A stretch of DNA of 61,757 nucleotides, the filler included, from Choristocarpus tenellus KU-1152 (Eukaryota; Protista; Phaeophyceae), in NCBI GenBank assembly GCA_964200185.2. It is 12 parts of 12 records of this genome, joined end to end, with 100 filler letters (N's around TTAATTAATTAA, not from the genome) between each part and the next. Parts side by side here need not be neighbours in the genome. Positions count along the whole stretch, not along the records: positions 23,930 to 26,603 come from CAXNAD020025745.1; positions 26,704 to 30,522 come from CAXNAD020017748.1; positions 30,623 to 36,209 come from CAXNAD020010332.1; positions 36,310 to 41,691 come from CAXNAD020010972.1; 8 more parts are not named here. The stretch is one strand, 5' to 3'. The notes under the pieces were generated by a model, which searched no databases, was not told the origin of the DNA, and worked only from the letters and a program-made list of their open reading frames with translations. Each line of letters opens with the position of its first letter. Position 1 is the first letter of the stretch. Both the position numbers and the translations under genes were made by a program. This document shows positions 23,977 to 36,408 of this stretch, piece by piece.

Positions 23977-25539
23977 TGTCTTGTCCCTAGTTCCAAGCAG
24001 AAACAAAAAAAAAAGCAAATTATTTCCAATTTTCAACGATTTCAAAATTACTAACCCTAACCCTATTATATTTCGGTGTGCACATGGAGACACAGGTTTC
24101 TCAGCTCCTTCAAAAACCTATCCCTCTACCTAACCCTACCACTAGCCCTAACCTGAAAGCCGCAAGCCTTCTGATGTTTATGTGGTTAGAATTTGGAACA
24201 TTCACGCCCGAAGCAGTTGCTGTTTTCTCAAAAAGGTGCAACATGTACTTCTTGTTGACTTTCAAACTTGCGAGAGAGACAGTGTATCGATTATTCTGTG
24301 ATTTCTATGCAGGCACGGGGGATCAAGAATCTTTTGCAGTGAATTCAGTATCCAAACACAGAAAGTCTGCAAGTGTTTGTTTTTTTTAAGGTTAAACTCG
24401 AGAAACTTCCATATGAAGCAGTGTGATGTATTATCCCAGATGTCACCTAGGAGGTGGTTGTGCTATTGTGCTGTGAAAAATATGGGGTTGTCGGGGAAAT
24501 TACCCCTCCCTATATCAAGAAAAGCCATAGTGATTGATCTGACGCACCAAACCAGGTTTTTATTATCATTTTTACTACTGGTGGGAAAAAATACAAGCAA
24601 GAAAATTAATTGGCCTCCATAGCCCAATTCCCCCAGATCTTTGCTTGGATGCCAAATAACCCAACTCACAGGTGCAGTGGAGTTAGGATTGAACTCATAA
24701 CATGTCGACAGATTTGAGAACAGCAAACCTCATGTGTAGTGTAGCAACAATATGGAGTTGATCTGATAGCACCTCACCTCAATCAGAGATAAGATGATCA
24801 AGTTCTTTGTTGACTCAGCCAAATATTCCACCTCTTCTACCACCTGCTACAAAAAAGAATAAGAAAAGGGAGAAGGAGGTGCCAGGGCAGCAGCATTCTC
24901 ATTCATTCAGGTTCAAGAGTGAATAGAAATGACTAAGTGGTGTGAAAATCAAAACATTGATGCTTCTCCACACAAGAATTGATAGACCAATAGCATCCTA
25001 GAGGGGGCTATCGGGCCCTGTGTGACCCTGTGGTGATTTTCATGACCAATTGTTGAAGAAATTCACTCCCCAAAAAGACGTCAAACTGGGGTACTTTGGA
25101 ACACTCCATCAAGCCCCATATGGACAACTTAGGCTAGGCACCCCCCCCCACCCACCACGCTGCCCGTACAGCGCTCATCGATGGAGCGAACGACTCGTTT
25201 TTCTGGTATGAAGAACCTCGNNNNNNNNNNTCCATCAAGCCCCATATGGACAACTTAGGCTAGGCACCCCCCACCCCCCACCCCCCACCCCCCACCCCCC
25301 TAGAATAATATGGGCTGCATGTCTCACTTTTGGCTATGGGTTAATCACCGACCACAACACCAATTCTCCAAAAATTCATGTAAACTTCAAAGCTGTGTGC
25401 AATCACATTCGAATTTTCAGCCTTAGCCTCTACATCTTGCCCCGAGGATAAGTTGCTCTCTCCATTTTGGCCATACTGCCAGCCAGCCTCGCCCTTTCTT
25501 TCCACCAGTCCATACAATAAATTGAGGAAACAGGCCTCA

Positions 25540-25794
25540 CTTCAACATGGAAAAGACACGACAGTACTGCATGCGCATGATTGGCTGATGGTTCATTGGG
25601 TGATAGCTCACATGATGGCTTGAATTTTCCAAGTGGACTGTCACGAAAATGTGGACGACCAAGGTTGTGATGATCCCAATCGTGCAGAAGATGTTTCTGA
25701 TAATAATTTTTCGAAACATCTTGGATGAAGAAGCATTTGCCGTAGCAGAGTGGACAATGAGAGGAAGAATGAAAAGATAAAGCAGAGACACCAT
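25540..25794 (-). CDS. Possible isolated exon of a membrane protein
   Basis: An open frame with two hydrophobic stretches (MVSLLYLFILPLIVH...NIFCTIGIITTLVVHIFV) lies between a ctcag| acceptor and a |gtgagg donor. No family recognised. Confidence 0.3.
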
Positions 25795-27069
25795 CTGAGG
25801 GTAGAAACGAAATGAACAGAAGGTCGAAAACACACACACACACACAAACGGCATATATGTATATGAGGTAGTGCATGAGTTGACTAAATTGGACACTCAT
25901 AGTGGATGTACGCAGCAGTTATTTTCTTATCCTTGACACCAGCAATACACAAGAAAGAACGGTTGATTATAGGTGATTTGGATGATGGTTTTTGGATGAC
26001 GAGTGATTTGGAGAAGTAGATGCGACTGAAAAAAACCCCGAGAGATACCCAGGGTTGCATTTTGAAGAATGTAGTCAAATATGTGCAGAATTTGACTTTT
26101 TTTATATTTATGTGCGTTGGTCATTTTCCAAACTACGTTGCAAAGATTTCAAAGAACAGAGAAATAAATCCACTCAACTCGAGATTAGCGCCTCATTCTT
26201 GGATATATGGATGTGTTGTAAGGGATTGGAAAAATGGATTGTAATGCAAAACGTTAAAAAAAAATGAGGTTAGCTCTCATTTACTTTGATTCCTTGATCT
26301 TTTCCTTGACCTCGAGGTGACAATGAAATGATGTACGATATTTTTGTAGCACATTGCTCAGTTGATTCAACTCTTAGGTCAAGGGTGGTCACACTCGGCA
26401 CCTTGCAAGACAAAGGTCTAAACAGGAAAGTGAAAGACATTGCTATGTCGCACCTTGATGTGTCAGGCAACAGTCTTGCTCAAGTCAACTTTCTTATTGC
26501 TAACGCTGCCTGTAAGTCAACTTGCAGGTGGAAAATACTATAGAGTAGTGAATATAATTGTTATTCCCGCACCCGCCCCCCTCACCCACCCCCCCACTAT
26601 CTTNNNNNNNNNNNNNNNNNNNNNNNNNNNNNNNNNNNNNNNNNNNNTTAATTAATTAANNNNNNNNNNNNNNNNNNNNNNNNNNNNNNNNNNNNNNNNN
26701 NNNGTGGGGGGGGCGGGGGGGGCGGGGTGGGGGGGGGGGTGACAAGCTGGATCACCATGACCTGGATAAATACCTGGGTGAACTTGAGACAAGGCAGGAT
26801 ATTGTTTTCTTTTTTATTATAATGAGGGACAAATCTAGACAATCGCACGTTCATCAGATGAACGTGCAAAAGGTGTACCTTCTTAGAACTCCAAATGACT
26901 GGGACCTAGTACGTGTGTGCACGAATGAAACCAACAGGCAGAAAAAATATGAAACCAACATCTAAGAACTAAAGATGCAATGTAGTGAGTTTTGTTATGC
27001 CCTTTAGAGGTAGGTCTCTACCCCCCAAAAGCAGTTTGGCTGTCCCCATAGGTCCACATAGCCCCCCAC

Positions 27070-27934
27070 CTTTCAATACCTCGGCTCAGCTCCTCCACCA
27101 CAAGTCCCAAGGACCCCTGCTTATTGCCATCATCAACAGCCACACCGTCCAAGTAAGAGAGGAAAATGGAAAGGATTGATTAGCTGAGTGCTAGGTAAGG
27201 GTCTCAAGCACATAGTGCAATAACAACCTACACCCCTGGGTAGTAGGCAATCACAATTTGCGTAAGGGACTCAATACAGAGGTAGGGGGTGAAGGTCACT
27301 GGTAACACTTGAAACAATACAGAGGTAGGGGGGCACCCTGCTAGCAGAGCTTGAGGATGACCAGTCAAGTTTACCTGTGCCTGGAAATAAACGTTGGGCC
27401 CCTTTCGGAAGACAGCACGGAGTTCTAAATCAGTACATAATAATGCAATTCTATCTGTATCTGGTTGGTCACAACAATTCTTATCCAAGAATGGATTACT
27501 GTATCCTGGATATTCTGCAGGCGGTAATACACTATACGCATGCCAGCCTTGCAAAGGCCCAATGAGACTCTGATGTGGGGCACAAAGCCTTCATCTTCTG
27601 CTCGCCGCTGCAGTTCATATTTGCACAAGGAAAGTGAAACATAATTTGAGCTAGCACCCCCACACGCCTTGCCCCTAGCTAGCAGGGCCTCTCCTCAGCT
27701 ATCTAACTTCAGGGTGGTCATTTCCCTGGTTCTGATTTAAATTTCTCGAAGCACCGTGGCTTACACCAAGACCCAACCAAAAAAATGCACATAATTTTCC
27801 AACAGTCGACAAATCAAACCTAAAGTCAAACAAACAAAAAAAGCAAACTCTACCGATTCAAAAAACAAAACAAAAAAATTTCAAAATCAGATTCTTGAGG
27901 GCGAGAGAAGACCAAGGGGGGTCCCCCCACAAGA

Positions 27935-27970
<36 letters not shown>

Positions 27971-29984
27971 GATGGTTCTGTAATGCCACTTCGAATACAA
28001 CTATTCTTCGCGCCCTTGGAAGGCGATGAGAATAGGAATTTGAACAGTGTTGAGACCTTGTGTGACAGACAATTGCAATCCCCTGGGCGATACAGGGATG
28101 TTGAGGATCCTCCAGAACGGTGTTAAAACAATCTCACCATCAACGTCGATTGAGGTGATACGTTACATAAGGTTTGACCCCTATCAAACCAAGGACTTGA
28201 TTAGGGTCCACCATGTCATTCAGAAATTTTCCACCTTCTGTCGACTTGGAATCAGCAGTTGGCAGCAGAGTAGTACCATATACTCCAAACTGCACAAGCA
28301 TTTCCATGTATACCATCAACAGTCATTTCTTAGTACTACTGTACCATTGAATTAACTAAGGCCCTATTTAAAAAGTTGGATCAAAATCCATTTTCCCGAA
28401 GTTGTATGTTCTGTACGGATGACGGGAAATGCATGAATGGGGAGACTGGGTGGGGGATGAAGAAATATCAAATGACATCCCACAAACCTTCAACAAAAAT
28501 GTGCCATCACCATCTGCATCCCATGTGCTCTCAAGGTAGCTGATGCCCTCTAGTCCTGTGTCTGTGAGTGCTGCCCCAACTGTGTTTGCATAACCAGCCT
28601 CGGCTACTCCCATCATAGCCTTTCCCACCCTTGCCGTGGCTAGTCCTTCAAAAAGTGAAATTTGATATCCAGCATCCCTATTTGCAGCGCGTATGTCCTC
28701 ATAATTGTCGCCAAGGCTTCTGAGGTACTTATTCAAGTGCACAAAGTCATCATCCTACAATATGGGGAGGGAGTTTGGGGTTGGATGAGCCACGTGCGAT
28801 TGGTGGGAAATGAGGGGAAAGTGTGCACAGGAAGATGCAGATAGTTTCAGCTGCACTTCGGAAAGAGGAGTTATTTGGAAGGATTTGAGGCAGCAGGAAA
28901 TGCATAGGCCATTCTTTGCTGTACATAGGCCTGAGGTGATTGTCAGGTCAAATGGAACGCCAGGGAAAAACATGGCATCGAAGATTTTATTATGAAAACC
29001 GTCTAGTTTGCCCTGTCCAAGATTTCTGATTCAAATTATCCTCAATATTCAAGTCGCGGGGATACGGCCTATTTCATGGAACCGCCTCCGTCATCACAGA
29101 TCACCTCTGAATCCCAGGGCAAAATGCGCTGCTCCCCTCCGAGATAGAATATGCCAAACGCGTCGTTGTCCTCGCAAGGTAGGGGGCCACCGTCCCCTTG
29201 CGAAAGAGTGAAAAACTCTTCCATGACCCACCCCTTCTCGTTGGCGATATTGAAGAGCGAGGTGTTCATACCATGAACAAGCTCTGCCCCGAGGTCGATC
29301 TGGGAATGAACAGAGGCGTAGCCACACCCAAAGAAGTTTGCTAGTTGAGAGTTCAAAAAACTTGGTTCATACATTAGTCGGTTTGGACCAACGACAGACA
29401 TCTCTGCAAAATAGATAAGGCTCTTAGCGATTCATATCAAATGGGTTTGACGGAGAGTTCGGTTGTTTGGTTGTCGTCGATCAAGCGAAGCAGCCCGAAC
29501 GCCACCCTTATGGATGCAGAGTGAGGGTAGAAGCAACAAGAAATTCCACAAGACCACACCACTCCAAATGCATAAATCAGCGCTAGGATAGACGAGAAGG
29601 GATATGCGACTGAGATGGCACAGGGAGAGTTGGGGTCAGATGATTGCACTAAGAGGAAGGGCTCTGCAGAGGAGGTCAGAACAAGATACGACTCACCTTC
29701 CATCCTGGTACGAGGGTAGAATCTGTCTTTATCCTTCCACCAGCTCTGTTTGAGGCCTCGAGAATAACCACCTGATTTTCTTTTAGCCCATGGGAGTGCA
29801 CCAATTTATTGGCACACTGCAATCCAGCTAGTCCAGCCCCAAGTACAATTACCCGAGGTTCTTGGTTTGGTTTTGTGGACGAGAACGTCTCACCATTGCT
29901 TTGATCCCCCACGAGTTCATGGCAACAACGCTTAGGGGCATCCTGCAACTGTTGCCCACCGCCAGGGGTGTTATGACTTTCCAT
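27070..29984 (-). CDS. Flavin-containing amine oxidase (polyamine oxidase / LSD-like FAD oxidoreductase), 5' exons; truncated by the contig end
   Basis: In-phase exons 29984-29697, 29299-29105, 28754-28488 and a probable 27116-27070. Motifs: RVIVLGAGLAGLQCA (Rossmann GxGxxG), VVILEASNRAGGRIKT, IDLGAELVHG, GSLGLVVEELSRGIE. Confidence 0.9.
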
Positions 29985-30622
29985 TTCAGATTGACACAAT
30001 AATTACTACAAAACCCACAATCGTACTGTGTAAGACCCAACTCATCGTTACTACACCTTACTCCGCTCTACATTGACGATAGTACCTTCTACTCGGTCTT
30101 TGAACGTAATAACAGTACATATATATACGTAGTAGTAACAGTAATAGTACGTCACAAATCAAAACGTGTTACATAATTACCAGTAATCTTTGATTTTACA
30201 GTCAAGATTGGAATGTCACCATTATTGATTGGTGTGTTGTGTGTATTGTGTTCGACTGTTGAAGTTAGTCAAATTGATATGTATTGAGTGAGAGGCACGA
30301 CAGTCTCGTGGTAACCCTGACATGAACAGTGGATTCAAACCTCAAACCAACAAAAAACAAGATTGTGCATTCTGATTCATAATAGCCAACCATGCCTCAG
30401 TCTCTCACTCCCTTCCTGAAACTCATCATCTTTGGTGATTCCCATCGCCCCCCATCACACAAAAATTCGCCACACGACAATGAACAGAGGATTTTCAAAA
30501 TTGGGGATGGAGCGGGACTACGNNNNNNNNNNNNNNNNNNNNNNNNNNNNNNNNNNNNNNNNNNNNTTAATTAATTAANNNNNNNNNNNNNNNNNNNNNN
30601 NNNNNNNNNNNNNNNNNNNNNN

Positions 30623-30662
30623 CAAATGGACAGCCGCCACCCCCTCCCAGATACTTTGAGCC
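30623..30662 (+). mobile_element. MITE type A right end
   Basis: caaatggacagccgccaccccctcccagatactttgagcc. Confidence 0.8.
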
Positions 30663-30720
30663 ACCTCCGATGAAAAAACAGTTTTGTACGTTGGAATTCT
30701 TAATACCTTTTAAGTGCAAA

Positions 30721-32051
30721 TCAGTCTCTAGTGATTTCGTTGCACCCGTAAATCCACCAATCCACCGCTGCGTCAGAAGTCTGTCTGTCGATTCTGACCA
30801 ATATTGGCAGACTTTCTTCATGCTGCCTTTTCCTAGTTCTGTTGTGCTGTACCTTGAAATCATTACTCACTAGGCCTCTAAAAACTGATTTGTACTGCTT
30901 AACGAGGCTCTGCCACATCCTCTCTAAAGTCTCTAAAGCACCTGCGTCGTACGCGCCATACATGCTCTTTACCCCCTTCACAAGGTCACCTATTGTACGG
31001 TAATGCTCGCCCCAAACTTTTTAGGAATGCAATAAACCCCATATCGTTGATATTGAGATCAGGTGACTGCGCAGGCTGCGTTATGAGCTTGACGTTCCAC
31101 CCCCTTCCCTCCCAGCTTCATCAAGCTTCCGCGACATATCTTTTTCCCGTGTGGGGGGCCTCTCCATCCTGATGAGCGACCACCTTGTCACCCTCCAACC
31201 ACAGCATTTTTTCCTTCAATGCGGTGAGAAAAGTCTTCACGCACCACTCGCGGTATCACTCGGCACCAATGGTCACACTGAAGTCGTACTGCTGACCCCT
31301 CTCGCAGCAGGCTGGATTTCTCTGTGTGTCCTTGATAACACAAACACCCCAGATTCCGATGTTGTTGTCAAAATCGTGGGATGAATCTCTGGGCGCAAAA
31401 CGGTGCAGATGAACATCACCTTAGGAATGTGACCCTTGTGCTGTAACTTGGTGGATCCCACTCTTTCCTCCCCGGGAACACGAAGACGCGCTCCCCATCA
31501 TAGATGAGGTGGAACCATGCTTCAACGATCTGAATAGTGTTGAGACCGCTTCTGTAATTGATGCGGTTCCTTGCTGCTTGGTCAAGGATGAAATCTACCC
31601 AGTTCGTTCGATGTGTCAGTGACAGGCTCGGGGTAATGCATCATTTCACCCTCATTGCATCCATCACTTTTAGCCATCGCTGAAGCTTTGAGCTGCCAGC
31701 TACGAGACCGACTTCAGCTAGCTTGATTGACAAGTGATCGAGGGTCAGGGTTCAACTTGTGGTGTTGACTTTTCGAAACTTCGCATATTTTGTCAGTGTG
31801 AAGTCCGATGGTCGTCCGCTTTGTGATACCGATTTCAGCGAAAGAGTGATGTCATTGTCCGATTGCTCTCGTACACACACTCACAATTGTCTCAGATATT
31901 GTTTGCCAACTCCGAACTGCTCTGCCATCTCTGTTCCAACGCCTTTCAGAATCCATTTCTTACTGGGAGGTAGCACAAAAAAACACGGTGCACCCAGCGC
32001 GTTTCGAGCTTCCTCTCTAAGCTTGCGATTCTACCCCAGGCCGATGTTCAT
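30721..32051 (-). pseudogene. Near-full-length Tc1/mariner transposase pseudogene of the plant-mariner (DD39D-like) type
   Basis: The minus strand from ATG 32051 gives HTH-like GVGTEMAEQFGVGKQYLRQL and GRP, then TIQIVEAWF (first catalytic D mutated; cf. HIDEKWF), KGHIPKVMFICTVLRP, HQDGEAPH, QPAQSPDLNINDMGF and NDFKVQH. At least 4 in-frame stops plus frameshifts. Confidence 0.88.
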
Positions 32052-34908
32052 GGATAGTGCTGCTGATACACTATAGACACCACTACTAGTGGAGGAACGG
32101 TAGAGTCAGATATATGTTTCCATATATTTCAGTTGAGCTCTACCCAACGTTCATGTATTGTAGGGACCTGATACTAGATTATCAGTTATATATCATATAT
32201 GGTACCTGTGATACGTAGATAGTATTCTTTTCTGATTATCCATGTGGACGTTGCAAATCCCACATGGTAGTCTGCACCTATCTCACCCCATAAGTTCAGT
32301 CAGTGAAATCGAGATCATAAGCCTCTTGTAACATTAATATTGTGTATCTATCATGGCACACAACCGCGGGTCCAGTGTGGAATATTTCAACAGTCCATGG
32401 GCTCCCAGTGAAAGAAGACGGACTTGCCGGAGCGGCCATATATATGGCTACAGGACTCATGCCGCAGAAGTTTTGGAGGCTAATATAGAGTCATATGGCT
32501 CTTCACAGGGTGCGGAGATGTTGTGTGACGATGGGGAGGCATTGTACCGTCAGCCCGGTGCAGCGCAGTCACTGAAAATGGGGTCGAAAAAGGTCGGATT
32601 TTTCGGTCCCATTTTTCGGAACAGATTCAGAACTATTTAAGAACAAAATGCGAAATCCAAAATTTTCCTCCGAACAATTATACCCAGTGAGTGGTGCAAT
32701 TTGACCCATATATCACACCGAAAGTCTTCGTATTCATGATGAAACAGCGAAAACAAAAACTGCAAATTCGCAATGTCACAGACTTGTGGGACGAAGGGAG
32801 TAAAGCAGCAGTAATAGTAGTAGTCGTAGTAGCGGACGTGGTGGCCGTGCCAGGAGCAGTAGGATGGAAATAAATAGCTATGAGTATACAACTTCTTCTG
32901 CGTATGTGACGACAGGTACATACTACCGTGTACTCTGTATATATTACCACTGCATCAAATTACCTCAAACCCAGCAAAAACGTATTGTTAATGTTGTGGA
33001 TTTTTTTTGTCAGCTCACTCTAGTTATGAGTATATTCTTCTCCAACACATGAGTGTATGAATGACAAGGAAAGCAGAAGACTTCAAGGAAGTAATCAAGG
33101 GGGATCCTGACTCACACCAGCGAGTGACCGCCCCTAACCCTGAATGCCAATGTCAGCATGCAGACTGGTTGCACCAAGCGATGATGACATGGTTTTCTTT
33201 TTACTTCACAGAATACTTAGATCTTCTCAAATCCATGGTCAAAGGTTGTAGAGTGGGGAAGGTGATGAAATGGAAAAATCGAGTCAGAAAAAAAGATGAG
33301 AAATGAGAGCAACAACCCGAAAGGTGGGGCACTTGACAGAGCAAGCAATGAAGGCTCAGTCATCGTATGTACCCATCTATCCATTCCAGGGAGAACACCA
33401 GTACCAGTATCAAGCTCCAGTTCCTAGAAGAGAGAAAAAAAAACTCACTATCGAACTCAAACACAGCCAAAACATTACCAGGTGAAGCAATTGCAAAAAC
33501 TAGGACTGGCAGTGTTACAACATTTATTTGTGCAACAATGAAAATTACAGAGACAAGACTTTCATACTATTAACAAGACGACAGCAGTGAATAAAAACCT
33601 ACAGCCTACCATACCACACTTCATGGTTGCCACAAACTCAGACACACCAAACAAGTACAACATCAGACACACTCTTTAGACCTGGTTCTGTATTCAATAC
33701 ACACTCTAGAGTACTTGGGTGCAAAAAGCATCGCCTCCTTAGCATTATTCCATCAGCATTGAAGATCTAGAGTGCAAGATCACCACCACATTGTTGTCAC
33801 CGTTAAAAAAACAAAAAAAACAAAAACAAGAGACTCGGAACATTATATTTTGTAAGTTGCTGTGAGTGAAACAGGCAAAAGCGAGATGTGTACTATTAAT
33901 ACTGGGCAGAGTTGAGCCAAGCAAAACGCAAGAGATCAGATGTACCACTTGCAGAGCTCTAAGTCACACAAACACCAACTAGAAGTGACAGCTCCCGACA
34001 AGGACAGCAAAAACAAAAACAGAATATTGAACACACACACACACACACACAAGCGCGCACACACGCACACGCACACCCTATGTAAATGATGCAGCAATCT
34101 ATCCCTGAGGTCCGCCAAAAACCTCATCAACATGGGCACCTCTAACAAAAAAAGAAACGTGCAAGTGCGACAAGAATCGGCACAACACAGATACGTAGGA
34201 CGCAGGAGACACGCCTCCACAGTCACACGCAACAGCACCTCTCCTCTCACCCAGTCTTCAGCATGCAATCTGCACACAACCACATGAATTCACCATTCAC
34301 CATTCACCATAATGCAATACGCAGTTTTCGGAGCACGACCGTGATGTTCAAGATAACCTAGGCAGCACACAGCACACACAACGGTTCACAGCTACAACCA
34401 CCGCAAGGCAGCCAGAAAAAAACAAATACACGAAAAAAACAAAAAAATATGTCGAGCTACAGCACACGCCACACACCTGAGAGGGACAAACTCGCACCCT
34501 CCACACCCTTATTCCACCATGTTACTCCCTCGTGATAAATGCAAACAAAGATCTCACCCACTGCCAGTAATACTTCACACAAATATCATCCAGCTTGCTT
34601 GAAGCTTCCTTTCCTTCGTTGGCATGGGTGATAGTTGGGTAGGTCTACTGAGAAATACACCATTGTCCTTCAGATAACACATACCCAAAACATAACAGTA
34701 AATCAACCATTTTATATCTTACCCACAACAAAGCTGCTTGGGATACCCTCTGTGTGTGGCACCCCATGGCAGAATCATAGCCCCCCCACCCCCCACCCCC
34801 TCCCCCAAACACAAGCACACCAGAAAATAGGCAAGCACTCTCTCTGCTACTGTGGTCTAGCCAGCAGCATATATTGCAATAAATTCTGGTGGAAGCACAC
34901 TCCATCTT

Positions 34909-36135
34909 TCATTCACTTGGGTCCCCCCCACTGCCTCCAGGCACAACCCACTTGTCCATGTCAAGCAACTCTAACCAAGGGCTCACACGGTAGCCCCCTT
35001 CAGTGTACCTGGATGAAGATAGACAAACATACACACAAACACATACACGCTTGGATCAGAAGGCTAACATGGGATAACAACACACATAAAAACAAGAAAA
35101 CAAGTCCTGACTTATACTGTCACACGACATAACCAAGGGAAAGAGGGTAGGATACCAAAAAGGCCAACAGTCAAGTCAAGTCCCATCCATACCGGTGATG
35201 GCTTAAAGATCTGCCCTAACACTATAATACGATACGCCCCCAACAAGGGTTGAATCTTACCATAACACTATAATACTAATACTAAATACTTCCGACCTAA
35301 CATAATTTTTTTTTTTAAACAAACAGCATCTCATGAACATCGATCGTAGGAGTAGTAGTAACAATACAAAAGTCTCAGCATCAACTATCATGTCAAGAAG
35401 CATCATCAGGAACATGCCAAGAAGATAACACACCATACATCAAATTTTCTAGGTGGCAGGGGTAGGTGGGCGGGTTAAGGGGGCCTCTTTACTGAAGAGG
35501 TAGTTAACCTTCATGTTCTCGTACCAACAACCTCACTCGGATGGGTGTTATCAGTTGAGTGATGGTCAACTACTCAAAGCCTGCAAGCCCAATTCCAGTC
35601 CAAATCAACACAGTAGAAAAAAAAGAAAAGATGAAAACACAGTAGAAAACCACGGATCAATTGGGACAAGCCTTGCAAGCATCACCAGGGTGCCGACCAA
35701 AATGCGCTCTGCTTCCACACCCAACACACACAGGGGACACCTCTCCCCAAGGAAGGCGAGCAGAATGAAATCAACAAGAGGGCAGAGACTCACAGCCAAA
35801 ATACACACACACACACACACAAAAATAAAATAATACTGCACTGGCCCCCCTTGCCCCCTCCCCCATCTTCTTCATCCTCACCAAGCAGCAAACTCATCGA
35901 ATCCAATGCGATTGGGCATCTGAGTAGCACTGTCGGCAAAAATGGCTGCGCTAGTCCACACTGCCCCATCATCCACAGCCCTTGTAAGCTCTTCTGCAGA
36001 GAGGCTGGAACTGGCAAAGCTGAGGGCCATGAGGGCAGTAAGAAACGACCTCGTGTAGCGCCACAGCCCACGTCTTGTGAGACGCTCATCACCGTCCTCA
36101 TCGTGAAGCCCAAAGGCAAACGCCAGCTTGGCCGA
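34909..36135 (-). CDS. Last two exons of an EF-hand (calcium-binding) protein; this frame is not shown in the ORF track
   Basis: Exons 36135-35882 and 35008-34909 splice in phase: SAKLAFAFGLHDEDGDERLTRRGLWRYTRSFLTALM...IFADSATQMPNRIGFDEFAAW|YTEGGYRVSPWLELLDMDKWVVPGGSGGDPSE*. DEDGDERLT is an EF-hand-like loop. Confidence 0.8.
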
Positions 36136-36309
36136 CTGTTACAGGTCAGCAAATATTATTCCACCCCCCCCCCCCACACACACACACACCCGACAAGCCC
36201 ACGCAAAAGNNNNNNNNNNNNNNNNNNNNNNNNNNNNNNNNNNNNNNNNNNNNTTAATTAATTAANNNNNNNNNNNNNNNNNNNNNNNNNNNNNNNNNNN
36301 NNNNNNNNN

Positions 36310-36379
36310 ACCAAAAAAGTGAAAATCGAAAAACGGGTGAAAAACGGACGCCGACACCCCCCCCCGGATAATTTGACCC
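36310..36379 (+). mobile_element. MITE type A-related right end
   Basis: aacggacgccgacacccccccccggataatttgaccc; its reverse complement GGGTCAAATTATCC is a variant of the terminus. Confidence 0.6.
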
Positions 36380-36408
36380 ACAAACAGGACAAAACACGTA
36401 CAGTCTAA

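Noticed and set aside
25106-25275. Direct repeat flanking a 10-N gap
   Set aside because: Identical sequence on both sides of a scaffold gap next to poly-C; most likely an assembly overlap.
30721-32051. Stop-codon readthrough or alternative genetic code suggested by in-frame stops
   Set aside because: The stops co-occur with frameshifts and a lost catalytic Asp in a transposon fossil, and host genes translate cleanly with the standard code.
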